From: Clostridia bacterium
GTDB lineage: Bacteria > Bacillota > Clostridia > Christensenellales > QALW01
Direction: 5' to 3'
Assembly (NCBI GenBank): GCA_045591115.1
Contig: JAZNSH010000050.1
Coordinates: 26,294-90,293 of the forward strand
DNA: 64,000 nt
Shown here: piece by piece, positions 46,498 to 56,988 of the stretch
Position numbering within the stretch: position 1 is the stretch's first letter
How the letters are laid out: each line of letters starts with the position of its first letter
Program-made: the position numbers and the translations under genes
The notes under the pieces: generated by a model
What the model was told of the DNA's origin: nothing
Seen by the model: the letters and a program-made list of their open reading frames with translations, nothing else
The model's database searches: none

Positions 46498-46541
46498 AGT
46501 CTTTTGCAGAATTATATTATATATGCAAAAGACTTTTTTTA
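46498..46541 (+). terminator. Intrinsic terminator/attenuator abutting the dgt RBS
   Basis: AGTCTTTTGCA-15 nt-TGCAAAAGACT followed by TTTTTTT. The next ATG is at 46557. Confidence 0.75.
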
Positions 46542-46556
46542 TGAAAGGTAGTTTTT

Positions 46557-47555
46557 ATGCGAAAAGATACTGAAGCTTTTGAGAAAGAATATTTATCACC
46601 CTTTGCCGCTAAATCATTTGAAAGCAAGGGGAGAGAGATATTTGAAGAAGAGTGTGATTTAAGAACGGCGTTTCAACGCGATAGAGATAGAATCATATAT
46701 TGTAAATCATTCAGGCGTCTTAAACATAAAACGCAGGTTTTTCTTTCACCTGAGGGAGATCATTACAGAACAAGACTTACCCATACTTTGGAGGTAAGTC
46801 AGATTGCACGAACGATTGCGCGGGGTTTAAAACTTAATGAGGATCTTGCAGAGGCAATTGCGATGGGGCACGATCTTGGGCATACGCCATTTGGTCATGC
46901 AGGAGAAAGAGTTTTGAACCGTCTTTGTTCAAAAGGCTTTGAACATAACGTTCAATCACGCCGTGTTGTTGAAAAGCTCGAAAACGGCAAGGGCTTGAAT
47001 CTTACCTGGGAGGTTCGTGATGGCATTGAAAACCATACCAGCCGTTCTAAACCGTCAACCTTAGAAGGAAAGATCGTTTCTTATGCGGACAGAATTGCTT
47101 ACATAAACCATGATATTGATGATGCCTGCCGTGCAGGGATAATTACTGAAGCAGATCTTCCTTTTAGAACGAATATGATGCTTGGCACAGATAATTCTTT
47201 GAGAATTGATACGCTTGTAACTGACGTTATAAAGAACAGTTACGGTAAAAATGATATAATTATGTCAGATGAAATTTACGAAGTTATGAATGAGCTTCGA
47301 GATTATATGTTTAAAAACATTTATTCTTCACAGAGCTCAGCAAAGACTGAAGAGGTTAAGGCTGAGGGCGTTATTGAAAATTTATTCTATGCATATATGG
47401 AAGATGAATCTCAGCTTCCGCAAACAATCAAGCTTTCAATAAAGCAGTTTGGTAAAGAACAAGCCGTGTGTGATTATATTGCAGGTATGAGTGATGGGTA
47501 TGCCTTAAGAGAATATGAACGCATATTCGTTCCTCGATCCTGGCAAAGAGATTAG
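46557..47555 (+). CDS. dGTPase-like HD-domain triphosphohydrolase
   Basis: 332 aa. RLTHTLEVSQIARTIA and GHDLGHTPFGH motifs. Confidence 0.88.
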   Translation: MRKDTEAFEKEYLSPFAAKSFESKGREIFEEECDLRTAFQRDRDRIIYCKSFRRLKHKTQVFLSPEGDHYRTRLTHTLEVSQIARTIARGLKLNEDLAEAIAMGHDLGHTPFGHAGERVLNRLCSKGFEHNVQSRRVVEKLENGKGLNLTWEVRDGIENHTSRSKPSTLEGKIVSYADRIAYINHDIDDACRAGIITEADLPFRTNMMLGTDNSLRIDTLVTDVIKNSYGKNDIIMSDEIYEVMNELRDYMFKNIYSSQSSAKTEEVKAEGVIENLFYAYMEDESQLPQTIKLSIKQFGKEQAVCDYIAGMSDGYALREYERIFVPRSWQRD

Positions 47556-47564
47556 GAGGATATT

Positions 47565-49325
47565 ATGCCGAGAATACCCGAGGGGTTTATTGATGCGGTT
47601 ATTGAAAAAAATGATATAGTTGACGTAATATCCGAATACGTTTCCCTAAAAAAAAGAGGGAACAAATATGTAGGGCTATGTCCATTTCATAATGAAAAAA
47701 CTCCGTCTTTTACCGTTGATGGGGACAAGCAATTATTTTATTGCTTTGGATGCCACGAAGGCGGTAATATGATCGGTTTTTTGCAAAAGAAAGAGAATCT
47801 CACATTTTTTGAAGTTATTGAGGAACTTGCAAAACGCGCCAATATGCCGATGCCTCAGCTTGAAGAAAAAGGCGTGCCCGCTTTTTCAAGAGATACAAAG
47901 AACAGAATATATGAAGCAAATAAAGAAGCGGCAAGATTTTATTTTAATACGCTTTTTTCTGCTGAAGGCGTTGAAGGTCTTGAATATTTTACAAGTCGCG
48001 GTTTGACGGAGAACATCATAAAACGCTTTGGCTTAGGTTATTCACCAAACTCACGGGATGCGCTTGTGAAACACCTTAAAGAAAAAGGTTTTGATGAAGA
48101 TATTATAGTGCTTGCAGGTCTTGCTCAAAGAAATGATTACGGGATTCGTGATAATTTCAGAACGCGAGTAATGTTTCCTATAATAGCACCTACCGGCGAA
48201 ATCTTAGGCTTTGGCGGACGAGTGCTTGATAAATCATTGCCTAAGTACATAAATACAGGCGATACCCCTGTCTTTAACAAAAGAAAAAATCTTTATGCTC
48301 TTAATATTCTGAAAAAGAATAACAAGGGCAGAGCCATAATTGGCGAAGGCTATATGGATGTTATAGCTCTTAATATGGCCGGCTTTGATTATGGAGTTGC
48401 TTCTTTGGGAACTGCTGTTACACCTGAGCAGGTGCGACTGCTTAAACGGTATGCCAATGAAATTTATATTTGTTATGATGGCGACAATGCAGGTATAAGC
48501 GCAACGCATAAAGTCATTGATCTTATGAAAGAAGCTGAACTTAAACCTAAAATAATAGCGCTGCCGCTTGGCGTTGATCCCGATGAATATATAAAAGAAC
48601 ACGGAAAAGAAGCTTTCTGGGAAAAAATGAAAACTGCGCGGACAAGTATTGAATATCTTATGGACGAAGTTAAAAGTCAATGTGATATGAAAACTGAGGA
48701 AGGCAGAGCGGAATTTGCCCAAAAATCTACGTCAATTGTTGAAAAATACGCTTTTGACAGTATCGAGACTGAAATGTATATGAAGCGTATAAATCAATTA
48801 AGCGGTTTTTCTTTGGATGCTCTTTATAGCAATTTTGATGCAAAAAAGAAACCCAAACAGCAGACAACAAACGTTGATACGTATAGCACACTTAATAAAT
48901 TTGATTCAGTTACAGAAAGAGCTTTGATTTCTGTTCTTATTGAATATCCAACGCTTATTGAAAAATCAAAGAGTATATTGAAAGAGGATTATTTCACCAA
49001 TCCTGCATACGAAAAATTGTATAAATATCTGTGCGAAAACAGTGAAAAAACCAATATCAGCAGTTTAATGCGTACATTTGAAGAAGATAATGAGGTTGTT
49101 ACGGCACTCTCAGCAGTTGGCATTGAAAATATTGTGTTTGGAGATCCTGCGGCTTATATGGAGGATTGTTGCCTAAAAATAGCAATGGATTATCTTAATC
49201 GAGTAAGAGATGAAATGAGAGTTAAACTAAATGATCCGAACTATACGCCGGAGGAAAAGATTGCTTTTGCCGGAAAAATAGCGGAAACTGATAGAAAAAT
49301 TAAAGATATTCGCAGTAAATTTTAG
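47565..49325 (+). CDS. dnaG: DNA primase
   Basis: 586 aa. Zinc finger [11 protein letters not shown]...CFGC. TOPRIM EGYMDV...DGDNAG. Confidence 0.95.
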   Translation: MPRIPEGFIDAVIEKNDIVDVISEYVSLKKRGNKYVGLCPFHNEKTPSFTVDGDKQLFYCFGCHEGGNMIGFLQKKENLTFFEVIEELAKRANMPMPQLEEKGVPAFSRDTKNRIYEANKEAARFYFNTLFSAEGVEGLEYFTSRGLTENIIKRFGLGYSPNSRDALVKHLKEKGFDEDIIVLAGLAQRNDYGIRDNFRTRVMFPIIAPTGEILGFGGRVLDKSLPKYINTGDTPVFNKRKNLYALNILKKNNKGRAIIGEGYMDVIALNMAGFDYGVASLGTAVTPEQVRLLKRYANEIYICYDGDNAGISATHKVIDLMKEAELKPKIIALPLGVDPDEYIKEHGKEAFWEKMKTARTSIEYLMDEVKSQCDMKTEEGRAEFAQKSTSIVEKYAFDSIETEMYMKRINQLSGFSLDALYSNFDAKKKPKQQTTNVDTYSTLNKFDSVTERALISVLIEYPTLIEKSKSILKEDYFTNPAYEKLYKYLCENSEKTNISSLMRTFEEDNEVVTALSAVGIENIVFGDPAAYMEDCCLKIAMDYLNRVRDEMRVKLNDPNYTPEEKIAFAGKIAETDRKIKDIRSKF

Positions 49326-49336
49326 GAGGAAGAAAT

Positions 49337-50443
49337 ATGAGTGAGAATATTGAATTTAGTGATCAGCTTATAGACAAGATATGTGAAATAAAGAAAAAAG
49401 TAAAAGAAGGCACTATAAAAAAATCACTTACTTATACAGAAGTAATTGATATGCTTGACGGCATTGAATATGATGTTGACCAAATTGAAAGGATATTTGA
49501 TGTTTTTGCTGAAATGGGTGTTACCATTCAGAGTGACGTTGATCCTGAACTTGAAAATATGATTGAGGATATTGGCGACGTTGGCTCAAATATGATAATT
49601 CTTAACGATAGCATAAGTGTTGATGATCCCGTTAGAATGTATCTAAAAGAAATGGGTAAGGTTCCGTTGTTATCGGCAGATGAAGAGATTGAGATTGCTC
49701 AAAGAGTTGAAAAAGGTGATGAAAAAGCAAAGGAAAAGCTTGCGGAGGCTAACCTTCGCCTTGTTGTTAGCATAGCAAAGCGTTATGTTGGCAGAGGTAT
49801 GTTGTTTCTTGATCTTATTCAGGAAGGCAACCTTGGTCTTATTAAAGCAGTAGAAAAGTTTGATTATACAAAAGGATATAAGTTCTCAACTTACGCAACC
49901 TGGTGGATTCGTCAGGCTATAACACGTGCCATTGCCGATCAGGCTCGCACAATAAGAATTCCGGTACATATGGTTGAAACTATTCATAAGCTTTCAAGAG
50001 TAAAGCGTCAGCTCGTTCAGGCTCTTGGCAGAGATCCTCAGGTTGAAGAAATTGCGGAGGCAATGGAGGTTTCTGTAGATAGAGTAAGAGAAATTATAAA
50101 AATTGCCCAGGATCCTGTTTCTCTTGAAACCCCCATCGGTGAAGAGGAAGATAGTCATCTTGGCGATTTTATTCCTGATGATGATATTCCGCTACCATCA
50201 GATGCTGCTGCCGCAACACTTTTAAAAGAGCAGCTTATGCAGGTTTTGAGTATGCTTACACCTCGTGAAGAGAAGGTTCTTCGTTTAAGATTCGGTATTG
50301 ATGACGGCCGCGCAAGGACACTTGAAGAGGTTGGTAAAGAATTTAACGTTACTCGAGAGAGAATAAGACAGATCGAAGCAAAGGCTTTGAGAAAGCTTCG
50401 CCATCCGTCAAGAAGCAGAAAATTAAGGGATTATCTTGAATAA
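49337..50443 (+). CDS. sigA: Primary RNA polymerase sigma factor
   Basis: 368 aa. Region 2 ([16 protein letters not shown]) and region 4.2 ([20 protein letters not shown]). Confidence 0.96.
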   Translation: MSENIEFSDQLIDKICEIKKKVKEGTIKKSLTYTEVIDMLDGIEYDVDQIERIFDVFAEMGVTIQSDVDPELENMIEDIGDVGSNMIILNDSISVDDPVRMYLKEMGKVPLLSADEEIEIAQRVEKGDEKAKEKLAEANLRLVVSIAKRYVGRGMLFLDLIQEGNLGLIKAVEKFDYTKGYKFSTYATWWIRQAITRAIADQARTIRIPVHMVETIHKLSRVKRQLVQALGRDPQVEEIAEAMEVSVDRVREIIKIAQDPVSLETPIGEEEDSHLGDFIPDDDIPLPSDAAAATLLKEQLMQVLSMLTPREEKVLRLRFGIDDGRARTLEEVGKEFNVTRERIRQIEAKALRKLRHPSRSRKLRDYLE

Positions 50444-51096
50444 TGCTTACAACGAGAATGATCACCATAACGCAGTTATTGGGTAAGAATAAAACTGTAG
50501 CAGATATAGGCTGTGATCACGGTAAATTAAGCGTATATCTTATAAAAAATCATATGGCTGACGTTGTTTATGCTACAGATATTTCGGCTCAATCCCTTGA
50601 AAAAGCAAAAAAACTTATAGAAAACGAGAATGTTAATAACGTTTTTTTCTATATTGGTGATGGATTTGAAGCATTCGAAAAAAAGCCTGATGCTGCTGTA
50701 ATAGCGGGGATGGGCGGGGAAGTTATAAAGCATATAATTTCCCATAAAAATGCAAGAACAAAGCTGGTTCTGCAGCCTATGAAAGATTCTGATATCGTTT
50801 ATAAACATCTTGTTGAAAACGGTTTTGAAATTATAAAAGTTCAGATCGTACGTGAAGGTGGCAGATTTTATGAAGTTATTCTTGCTGAACCCGGTAAAAA
50901 TGAAAGTTTTAACTATTTTTTGCCACCAATAGAAAAACTTGAGATGAATCAAGATGCATATGACTTTTTAGTTCATAAAATTAAGGTTCTGGAAAAAGCG
51001 TTAAAAGGTGCGGAGAAAAGCAGTTCAAACCGCGCTGATGAAATCAGAAGTTTCATTGAAACAATAAAAGGAGTTATTTCTGATGCCTTGTGTTAA
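50443..51096 (+). CDS. trmK: tRNA (adenine22-N1)-methyltransferase
   Basis: 217 aa. SAM-binding DIGCDHG. Conserved position after sigA. Confidence 0.82.
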   Translation: MLTTRMITITQLLGKNKTVADIGCDHGKLSVYLIKNHMADVVYATDISAQSLEKAKKLIENENVNNVFFYIGDGFEAFEKKPDAAVIAGMGGEVIKHIISHKNARTKLVLQPMKDSDIVYKHLVENGFEIIKVQIVREGGRFYEVILAEPGKNESFNYFLPPIEKLEMNQDAYDFLVHKIKVLEKALKGAEKSSSNRADEIRSFIETIKGVISDALC

Positions 51097-51940
51097 TGAT
51101 GTGGTTAATGCGGTTGAAAAGATTGCTAAGCCTGAATATGCCTATGAATGGGACAATTGCGGTCTTCTTGCCGGTGATAGAAATGAGAATGTTAGTAGCA
51201 TTCTTATTTCATTGGATATAACGAGGGAAGTTGTTCAGGAAGCTATAAAAAATAACTGTCAGATGATAATTTCTCATCATCCTCTTATTTTTAAGGCTGT
51301 GAAAAATTTATGCACAGATAACTATGAGGGAGAGATTCTTTCGCTACTCTATAAAAATAATATTGCATTATATTGTGCACATACGAGCCTTGATGCTTGC
51401 GAGGGTGGCGTGAATGATAGCTTGTGTGATATATTGGAACTTGAAGATGTTTCGGTTCCGCAAGAAAGAATTGTTAACGGAAAAAATATTTCCTGTTCCC
51501 GAATCGGAAAGCTTCCCCAAAAGTTTGAAAAAAACGAACTTTTAGAATACATAAAAGATAAGACAGGTTCAAAAAATTTATTATATTATTTAGAAGATAA
51601 GGCTTATAATTCGATTGGCTTGTGCTCGGGAGCCGGTGAAGAATATGCTTTTGAACTTGAAAGTGTTGATGTATTTTTTACCGGCGAAGTGAAATATCAT
51701 ACAGCGCTTGAGCTTAAACGCCAAAATATCTCATTTATTGCGGCAGGTCATTATTATACAGAGGTGCAAATGATCAATAGCCTTGCATCATCTTTACAAA
51801 AAAGTTTTAATATGCTAAAATATAATATTGAAATTATTAAATCGGAAACAAACACTAATCCGTTTGAGAATTTGGAGGATATATATGACAGAGCAGATCA
51901 AAAAATTATTAGAGTATCAGGAGGCGGACAACAAGGTTGA
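51083..51940 (+). CDS. Nif3-family dinuclear metal-centre protein
   Basis: 285 aa. ISHHPLIF and AGHYYTE motifs. The 3' end overlaps the next gene by 56 nt. Confidence 0.85.
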   Translation: MPCVNDVVNAVEKIAKPEYAYEWDNCGLLAGDRNENVSSILISLDITREVVQEAIKNNCQMIISHHPLIFKAVKNLCTDNYEGEILSLLYKNNIALYCAHTSLDACEGGVNDSLCDILELEDVSVPQERIVNGKNISCSRIGKLPQKFEKNELLEYIKDKTGSKNLLYYLEDKAYNSIGLCSGAGEEYAFELESVDVFFTGEVKYHTALELKRQNISFIAAGHYYTEVQMINSLASSLQKSFNMLKYNIEIIKSETNTNPFENLEDIYDRADQKIIRVSGGGQQG

Positions 51941-52577
51941 TGCCGCAGAGAAGAAGGTAAAAGGCAGTAAGGAGAGAAAGACTGCAAATGCAATGAAGCA
52001 GCGTTATGAACTTGCTGTTGAAGAAAGAAAAAAGCTTATTGCAGCACGTGACGGAGCAGAAAAAGAAGTTAATAATATTGCAAACGAGGTTGAGAAGCTC
52101 ACTGCGCTTGCAAATTTAGATCGTACTGAAAATGCGCCTGATAATTCAGAAGCAATCAGCAAGCTTATTGGTGATATTGAAAAGCTTCTTTCATCACTTA
52201 AAAAGCACGAGGAGAAATTGATCAATTTTAACAAGGCTATTGATGAAAATGAAAAGAAAATCAATGAGTATGCTTTAATTGCCAACAAAGCCAAGGAGGA
52301 ATTCAATATTAATAAGGCAGGATATGAAAAGCTTGTTGCTGAAAATAAGCCTGAAATTGAGGCTTTAAAAGCTGAAAGAGATAAAATTCAGGTTGATGCA
52401 GCGCTTTTAAACAAATATCAGAGCCTTAAGAAAAACAAGATTACGCCAACAGCACCTTTAACTGATAAGCGTTGCGGTGGATGCCATATGGAACTTCCTG
52501 CATTTACTGTTTCAAATGCAAATAAAAACGGTTACTGTGAATGTGAAAACTGTTCAAGAATCGTATACGTTGAGTGA
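51885..52577 (+). CDS. Coiled-coil protein with C4 zinc ribbon (COG1579/DUF164 type)
   Basis: Start moved to ATG 51885 (GGAGGA upstream). Long coiled coil. C-terminal CGGCHM...CENC ribbon. Confidence 0.8.
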   Translation: MTEQIKKLLEYQEADNKVDAAEKKVKGSKERKTANAMKQRYELAVEERKKLIAARDGAEKEVNNIANEVEKLTALANLDRTENAPDNSEAISKLIGDIEKLLSSLKKHEEKLINFNKAIDENEKKINEYALIANKAKEEFNINKAGYEKLVAENKPEIEALKAERDKIQVDAALLNKYQSLKKNKITPTAPLTDKRCGGCHMELPAFTVSNANKNGYCECENCSRIVYVE

Positions 52578-52585
52578 TTTTTTTT

Positions 52586-52919
52586 GAGTAAGTCGGATGA
52601 CTGCGGTGAAAATACGAGGAAAGTCCGAGCTTCATAGAGCAGGATGCCGGATAACGTCCGGTGGAGGCGACTCTAAGGATAGTGCAACAGAGATATACCG
52701 CCGCGTAAGCGGTAAGGGTGGAAAGGCGAGGTAAGAGCTCACCGAGTGCTATGGCAACTTAGCATTCCTGTAAACCCCATCCGAAGCAAGATTGATAGCG
52801 GAGCATTAACGGCTGCTCGTCGGCTCCCGGGTAATCGCTTAAGCTTTTCGGCAACGAAGAGAATAGATAGATAGTCATCAATACGAAAGTATTACAGAAC
52901 TCGGCTTATAGACTTGCTC
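52586..52919 (+). ncRNA. rnpB: RNase P RNA (appears type A)
   Basis: GAGGAAAGTCCG and ACAGAACTCGGCTTA universal elements. P1 pairs GAGTAAGTC with GACTTGCTC. P2 pairs GGATGACT with AGTCATC. Contains GGTAAGGGTGGAAAGG...GGTAAGAGCTCACC. Confidence 0.92.
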
Positions 52920-52934
52920 AAAATTTTAATGATA

Positions 52935-52970
52935 AAAGAGAGATTTAAAAGTCTCTCTTTTGTTATTTTT
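52935..52970 (+). terminator. Intrinsic terminator after rnpB
   Basis: AAAGAGAGA-8 nt-TCTCTCTTT followed by a T-rich tail. Confidence 0.7.
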
Positions 52971-53012
52971 GGTACATTTATTGCATATGCTTGTTCTGTA
53001 AGGAGGACAACT

Positions 53013-53903
53013 ATGGATAAACTTTTAAAAATTCTTCCGGATAAGGTTAGCGAGGTTTTGAAAAAATTACGTAATGATGAGATTTTAAAATTAACGGAAA
53101 TCAGATTAAGAGTATCTTATCCTGTTTATTTTTATATGGGGCGGGAAGAGTTTGGCATAAATGAATTTGGATTATCAAAAAGAGATGGCGTCATTTTTTC
53201 TCAAAACGATGCAAATGTTATGTGGCGAAAGCTTTGTGACGGTTCACCGTACAGTACAATAAAAAATCAAAAACAAGGATATATAACAGTTAATGGTAAT
53301 CGAATTGGATTTGTTGGACGGTACCGCGTTATTGATGGACAGATAAAGCATATAGATGAAATATCTTCTTTTTGTGTGAGGATAAAACACGAGAAAAAGG
53401 GATGTGCAAATAAAGTATACAAATATTTTTATGAAAATAATGAATTGCTGAACACATTGATAATTTCTCCTCCGGGATGCGGTAAAACAACGCTTTTGAG
53501 AGATACTGTAAGGCTTATTACATTTGACGGTAATAATGCTGTGCTTGTGGATGAACGTGATGAAATAGCTGCTTTGGAAGACGGTATCCCAACTCTTGAT
53601 GTAGGTAAAAGATGCGATGTTTTTTCGGGAGTCGATAAAAAAACAGCCATAGAAAATTCATTGCGTTCAATGAAACCGGATGTTTTTGTTCTTGATGAAA
53701 TTGGCTGGGATGAGCTTGAAATAATGAAAAAGGCATCTGAGAAAGGTGTTAAAATTATTGCAACTCTGCATGGAAAAGACTTTGGGGATGTAAAAGATTT
53801 TAAAAATATTTTTGATAGATTTATTTTTCTGTCGGATAACTTTGGGGTTGGAACGATTGCAGGGGTATATAATTCTTCTTTTAAGGAGGAGTTATGCTGC
53901 TGA
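53013..53903 (+). CDS. spoIIIAA: Stage III sporulation protein AA (ATPase)
   Basis: Walker A SPPGCGKTT, Walker B VFVLDEI. Start moved to ATG 53013 (AAGGAGG upstream), because the track start lies inside rnpB. Confidence 0.9.
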   Translation: MDKLLKILPDKVSEVLKKLRNDEILKLTEIRLRVSYPVYFYMGREEFGINEFGLSKRDGVIFSQNDANVMWRKLCDGSPYSTIKNQKQGYITVNGNRIGFVGRYRVIDGQIKHIDEISSFCVRIKHEKKGCANKVYKYFYENNELLNTLIISPPGCGKTTLLRDTVRLITFDGNNAVLVDERDEIAALEDGIPTLDVGKRCDVFSGVDKKTAIENSLRSMKPDVFVLDEIGWDELEIMKKASEKGVKIIATLHGKDFGDVKDFKNIFDRFIFLSDNFGVGTIAGVYNSSFKEELCC

Positions 53904-54376
53904 AGCTAATTGGTGTGGGAATTATTGCGTCAGGTGCCTGGGTTTTAGGTAGGAGTGTAAGTGAGGGATATAAGGATAAAATAAAAATCATAGATTCATA
54001 TATTGCTTTTATAAAAAATTTTAAAAGCGTCGTGTTATTTTCAGGTACCAATATGTATGTGTTCTTTTCAAAAAATCAAGACAATAATACAAAAAAATTT
54101 CTGAATTTTTTAATTGATAGAAAATGTAACAGTGCACTTTTTGAGTTTAAAGGAGCAAATAAAATTGAAGATAAATGTATATCGTTAATTTCTGAAAGTA
54201 TTATTTTAGCGGAAAAGACAAGTGACAGAGAATTAATTTCTGATTTTCTTGAAGAATGTGCGTATAAACTAACGTGTTTTAAAAAGGAAATTATGGAGGA
54301 ATACCGCGGTAAAATTAAGACTGCACCTTCTGTTGGGCTGATGTTTGGGATATTTATTGCGGTTCTTATAGTATGA
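53894..54376 (+). CDS. spoIIIAB: Stage III sporulation protein AB
   Basis: 160 aa. N- and C-terminal TM helices. Position in the operon. Confidence 0.8.
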   Translation: MLLKLIGVGIIASGAWVLGRSVSEGYKDKIKIIDSYIAFIKNFKSVVLFSGTNMYVFFSKNQDNNTKKFLNFLIDRKCNSALFEFKGANKIEDKCISLISESIILAEKTSDRELISDFLEECAYKLTCFKKEIMEEYRGKIKTAPSVGLMFGIFIAVLIV

Positions 54377-54567
54377 GTATTGATATAATATTTAAAATTG
54401 CAGCGATAGGTATTCTTGTAACTGTAATAAGTCAGTTGTTGACAAAATGGGGAAGAGACGATATTGCAATAATAACAACTGTTGCCGGATTGATTATAGT
54501 TCTGTTGATGGCACTTGATATGGTAAGTGATTTTTTTTCAACAATAAAAAGCGTTTTCGGTTTATAG
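54373..54567 (+). CDS. spoIIIAC: Stage III sporulation protein AC
   Basis: 64 aa with two TM helices. Position in the operon. Confidence 0.85.
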   Translation: MSIDIIFKIAAIGILVTVISQLLTKWGRDDIAIITTVAGLIIVLLMALDMVSDFFSTIKSVFGL

Positions 54568-54568
54568 T

Positions 54569-54955
54569 ATGGAAAAAATAATTACTATTGTTTTTGTGGC
54601 GTTAGGGGCAGTATTTATAAGCGCACTTGTGAAAAAATATGCGCCTGATTATTCTGTTGCCATATCGATATGCGCTACTGTAATAATTATTTTTTTTATT
54701 TTGACCGAGCTGACTGAGGCACTTGATTTTTTTGAAAATCTTATGTCTGAAGGAAGTATTAATGGGCAGTGGATTAACTCAATAGTAAAGGTAACAGTTA
54801 TAAGTTTTGTAGGTCAATGGGGAGTAGGAATATGCCGAGATGCAGGTGAAAATTCAATAGCAGAAAAAATCGAACTGGCAGTTAAAGTTATGATCCTTGT
54901 AATTTGCTTGCCTTATATAAAAATTTTATTTACGGTGGCCGATGAAATAAATTGA
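54569..54955 (+). CDS. spoIIIAD: Stage III sporulation protein AD
   Basis: 128 aa polytopic membrane protein. Position in the operon. Confidence 0.85.
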   Translation: MEKIITIVFVALGAVFISALVKKYAPDYSVAISICATVIIIFFILTELTEALDFFENLMSEGSINGQWINSIVKVTVISFVGQWGVGICRDAGENSIAEKIELAVKVMILVICLPYIKILFTVADEIN

Positions 54956-56034
54956 AAAAAATCGTTTCGTTTGTAATTATTCTGTTTATTGTATCAACAA
55001 ATGTTTTTGCAATGCCTGATTTTTCTCGAATTGAGCAGGAAACTGACAAAGTTATCGGAGAGAAACCTGAAGATATTGTCAATAAAATTTTAAATAATGA
55101 TTTTGAAATTGACGGAAGAAATATTTTGGAAAAATTGTTATCACTGTTATTTGACGCAGTAAAAAAAGTTTTGCCACATATATTTAGTCTGCTTTCAATC
55201 ACAATTATTCTTTCATTTTCGGAGAAACTTAAGTTCATCAATCTTAAAACAGAAAATGCGATGCTGATTGGCGGAAAAATAATTTTTTCAGTTGTTCTTA
55301 TAAGTTCATCAACAATATTTATTTATAATGCAAGAGAGAGCTTGGAACGTATTTCAAACTTTACTAACGGTCTGTTGCCCATAGTTATTACCTTGTTGGC
55401 AACTGTAGGTGCGCAAGGCACGGTAACTGTGCTGGGACCATCTCAGGTTTTGTTATCGACTGTCCTTATAGATGTATGTGTAAAAATTATTTTCCCTATA
55501 ATAATCATTGGTTTTATCACAGCAGTAATAAATGGTATACTGTCTGATAATAAATTAAGGGGTATATCTGAGCTTATGAAAAAGCTTTCAACGTGGATAA
55601 TGGGCGGTGTATTTGCGTTATTTTCGGCGATTATTGCATTGCAAGGGATAGTTTCCGGAATAACTGATGGACTGTCTATAAAAAGCATCAAATATGCTCT
55701 TAGCTCTGCGGTACCTGTAATAGGATCATCAATATCTGAAAGCTTTTCGACTGTAATTTTAAGTGCGCTATCTATAAAAGGTGCGGCAGGAATCCTGGGT
55801 ATTCTAATTATTATTGGAATAGTTATTATGCCAATAATAAATATCTGGGCATATGTTATTGTTCTAAATGTTTTTTCTGCATCAGTTCATCCTTTTGCAG
55901 GCGATTTTATATGTTCACAAATTGAGTGTGTTACGAGTTTTCTTAAGTTGGCTGCCATTGTTTTGCTTGGCGTAACAGTTCTTTGGTTCATTTTTTTAGG
56001 TATTTTAATTTCTGCCGGAGGGAATTTTATTTAA
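54952..56034 (+). CDS. spoIIIAE: Stage III sporulation protein AE
   Basis: 360 aa. Signal peptide plus multiple TM helices. Position in the operon. Confidence 0.88.
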   Translation: MKKIVSFVIILFIVSTNVFAMPDFSRIEQETDKVIGEKPEDIVNKILNNDFEIDGRNILEKLLSLLFDAVKKVLPHIFSLLSITIILSFSEKLKFINLKTENAMLIGGKIIFSVVLISSSTIFIYNARESLERISNFTNGLLPIVITLLATVGAQGTVTVLGPSQVLLSTVLIDVCVKIIFPIIIIGFITAVINGILSDNKLRGISELMKKLSTWIMGGVFALFSAIIALQGIVSGITDGLSIKSIKYALSSAVPVIGSSISESFSTVILSALSIKGAAGILGILIIIGIVIMPIINIWAYVIVLNVFSASVHPFAGDFICSQIECVTSFLKLAAIVLLGVTVLWFIFLGILISAGGNFI

Positions 56035-56453
56035 TGATAAAAAAATATGTTTTATCAATAATTGTAATAAGTATATCCGGACTGTTTTTTGATGCAATTC
56101 TTCCTGAAGGAAATATTCGAAAATATGGTAATTATGCTCTGTCGGTAATAATGAGCATTGCACTTATTCAGCCTGTTGTTTCGTTTTTTAAAAATGATTT
56201 CGCTATTGAATATTCTTATGAACAGTATGTATTTGATTATACTGAGGCGGTTAAATCTACGGTAAACAGTATTTCAGGATATGAAGATGCTGATGTTTAC
56301 GTTGAACAAAGTAATAATAAGATTGAAAGTATAACGATATATCAAAGAAAAGATAAGCTTCTTGAAAAGGCGGAGGCTGTATTGAAAAAGGATTTCGTTA
56401 AAACTATGCTAAAAAATGTTTACGGAACAGAAAATATTTATTTTTCGGAGTGA
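56034..56453 (+). CDS. spoIIIAF: Stage III sporulation protein AF
   Basis: Start moved to ATG 56034 (TAATG overlap with AE). Two N-terminal TM helices followed by a soluble domain. Confidence 0.8.
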   Translation: MIKKYVLSIIVISISGLFFDAILPEGNIRKYGNYALSVIMSIALIQPVVSFFKNDFAIEYSYEQYVFDYTEAVKSTVNSISGYEDADVYVEQSNNKIESITIYQRKDKLLEKAEAVLKKDFVKTMLKNVYGTENIYFSE

Positions 56454-56457
56454 AAAA

Positions 56458-56976
56458 ATGATAAATTTTAAATTAGATAAAAAGAAAAAAATAATTCTTG
56501 TCGGTTTCTTAATTTTTATTGCATTACTTATTTATTTTTTTCCTACTGAAGGGAATAATGAACCTGCTGTAAGCATATCTAATAATACAGAAATATCGAA
56601 AGAAGAGCAGCTTGAAAGAGTTTTAAGCAATATTAAAGGAACGGGAAAAGTCAGCGTAATGATAACCTATGTAAGCTCATCGGAAATGGTTTGTGCAAAC
56701 AAGGTAGAAACTGAAACGAATACGGTAACGGAAAAAACTGAAAACGGCGGAATAAAGGAATCAGAAACTATTAAAGAAAATAGATCACCGATAACAATAG
56801 GGAACGGTGAAAAAGAAAACGCGTTGGTGATGATAAAAAAGGAACCGGAAATAAAAGGAGTGATCGTGGTTGCGCAAGGGGCAGAAAACGTAAAAACAAA
56901 GATGGAATTACAGAAAGCAGTTGAAACGGTGCTGCAGGTTTCACCGTCACAAGTAGAAATTTTTGCAATGAATTAA
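56458..56976 (+). CDS. spoIIIAG: Stage III sporulation protein AG
   Basis: Start moved to ATG 56458 (GGAG upstream). N-terminal TM. C-terminal ring-building-like region (EPEIKGVIVVAQGAEN). Confidence 0.82.
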   Translation: MINFKLDKKKKIILVGFLIFIALLIYFFPTEGNNEPAVSISNNTEISKEEQLERVLSNIKGTGKVSVMITYVSSSEMVCANKVETETNTVTEKTENGGIKESETIKENRSPITIGNGEKENALVMIKKEPEIKGVIVVAQGAENVKTKMELQKAVETVLQVSPSQVEIFAMN

Positions 56977-56988
56977 GGAGAATGATTT

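Noticed and set aside
51885-51940. 56-nt overlap between the nif3-family gene and the zinc-ribbon coiled-coil gene, considered as a possible frameshift or fusion
   Set aside because: Both frames are intact with their expected motifs, and the downstream ATG has a GGAGGA SD. It is most simply a genuine overlap.
52914-53012. Track start of the spoIIIAA ORF
   Set aside because: It begins inside rnpB and crosses the rnpB terminator. ATG 53013 has AAGGAGG upstream.
52971-53012. Sigma-E-type promoter for spoIIIA (CATATGCT as -10, GTTATTT as -35)
   Set aside because: The match to the sporulation sigma consensus is partial, and I cannot distinguish it from AT-rich background without transcription-start data.
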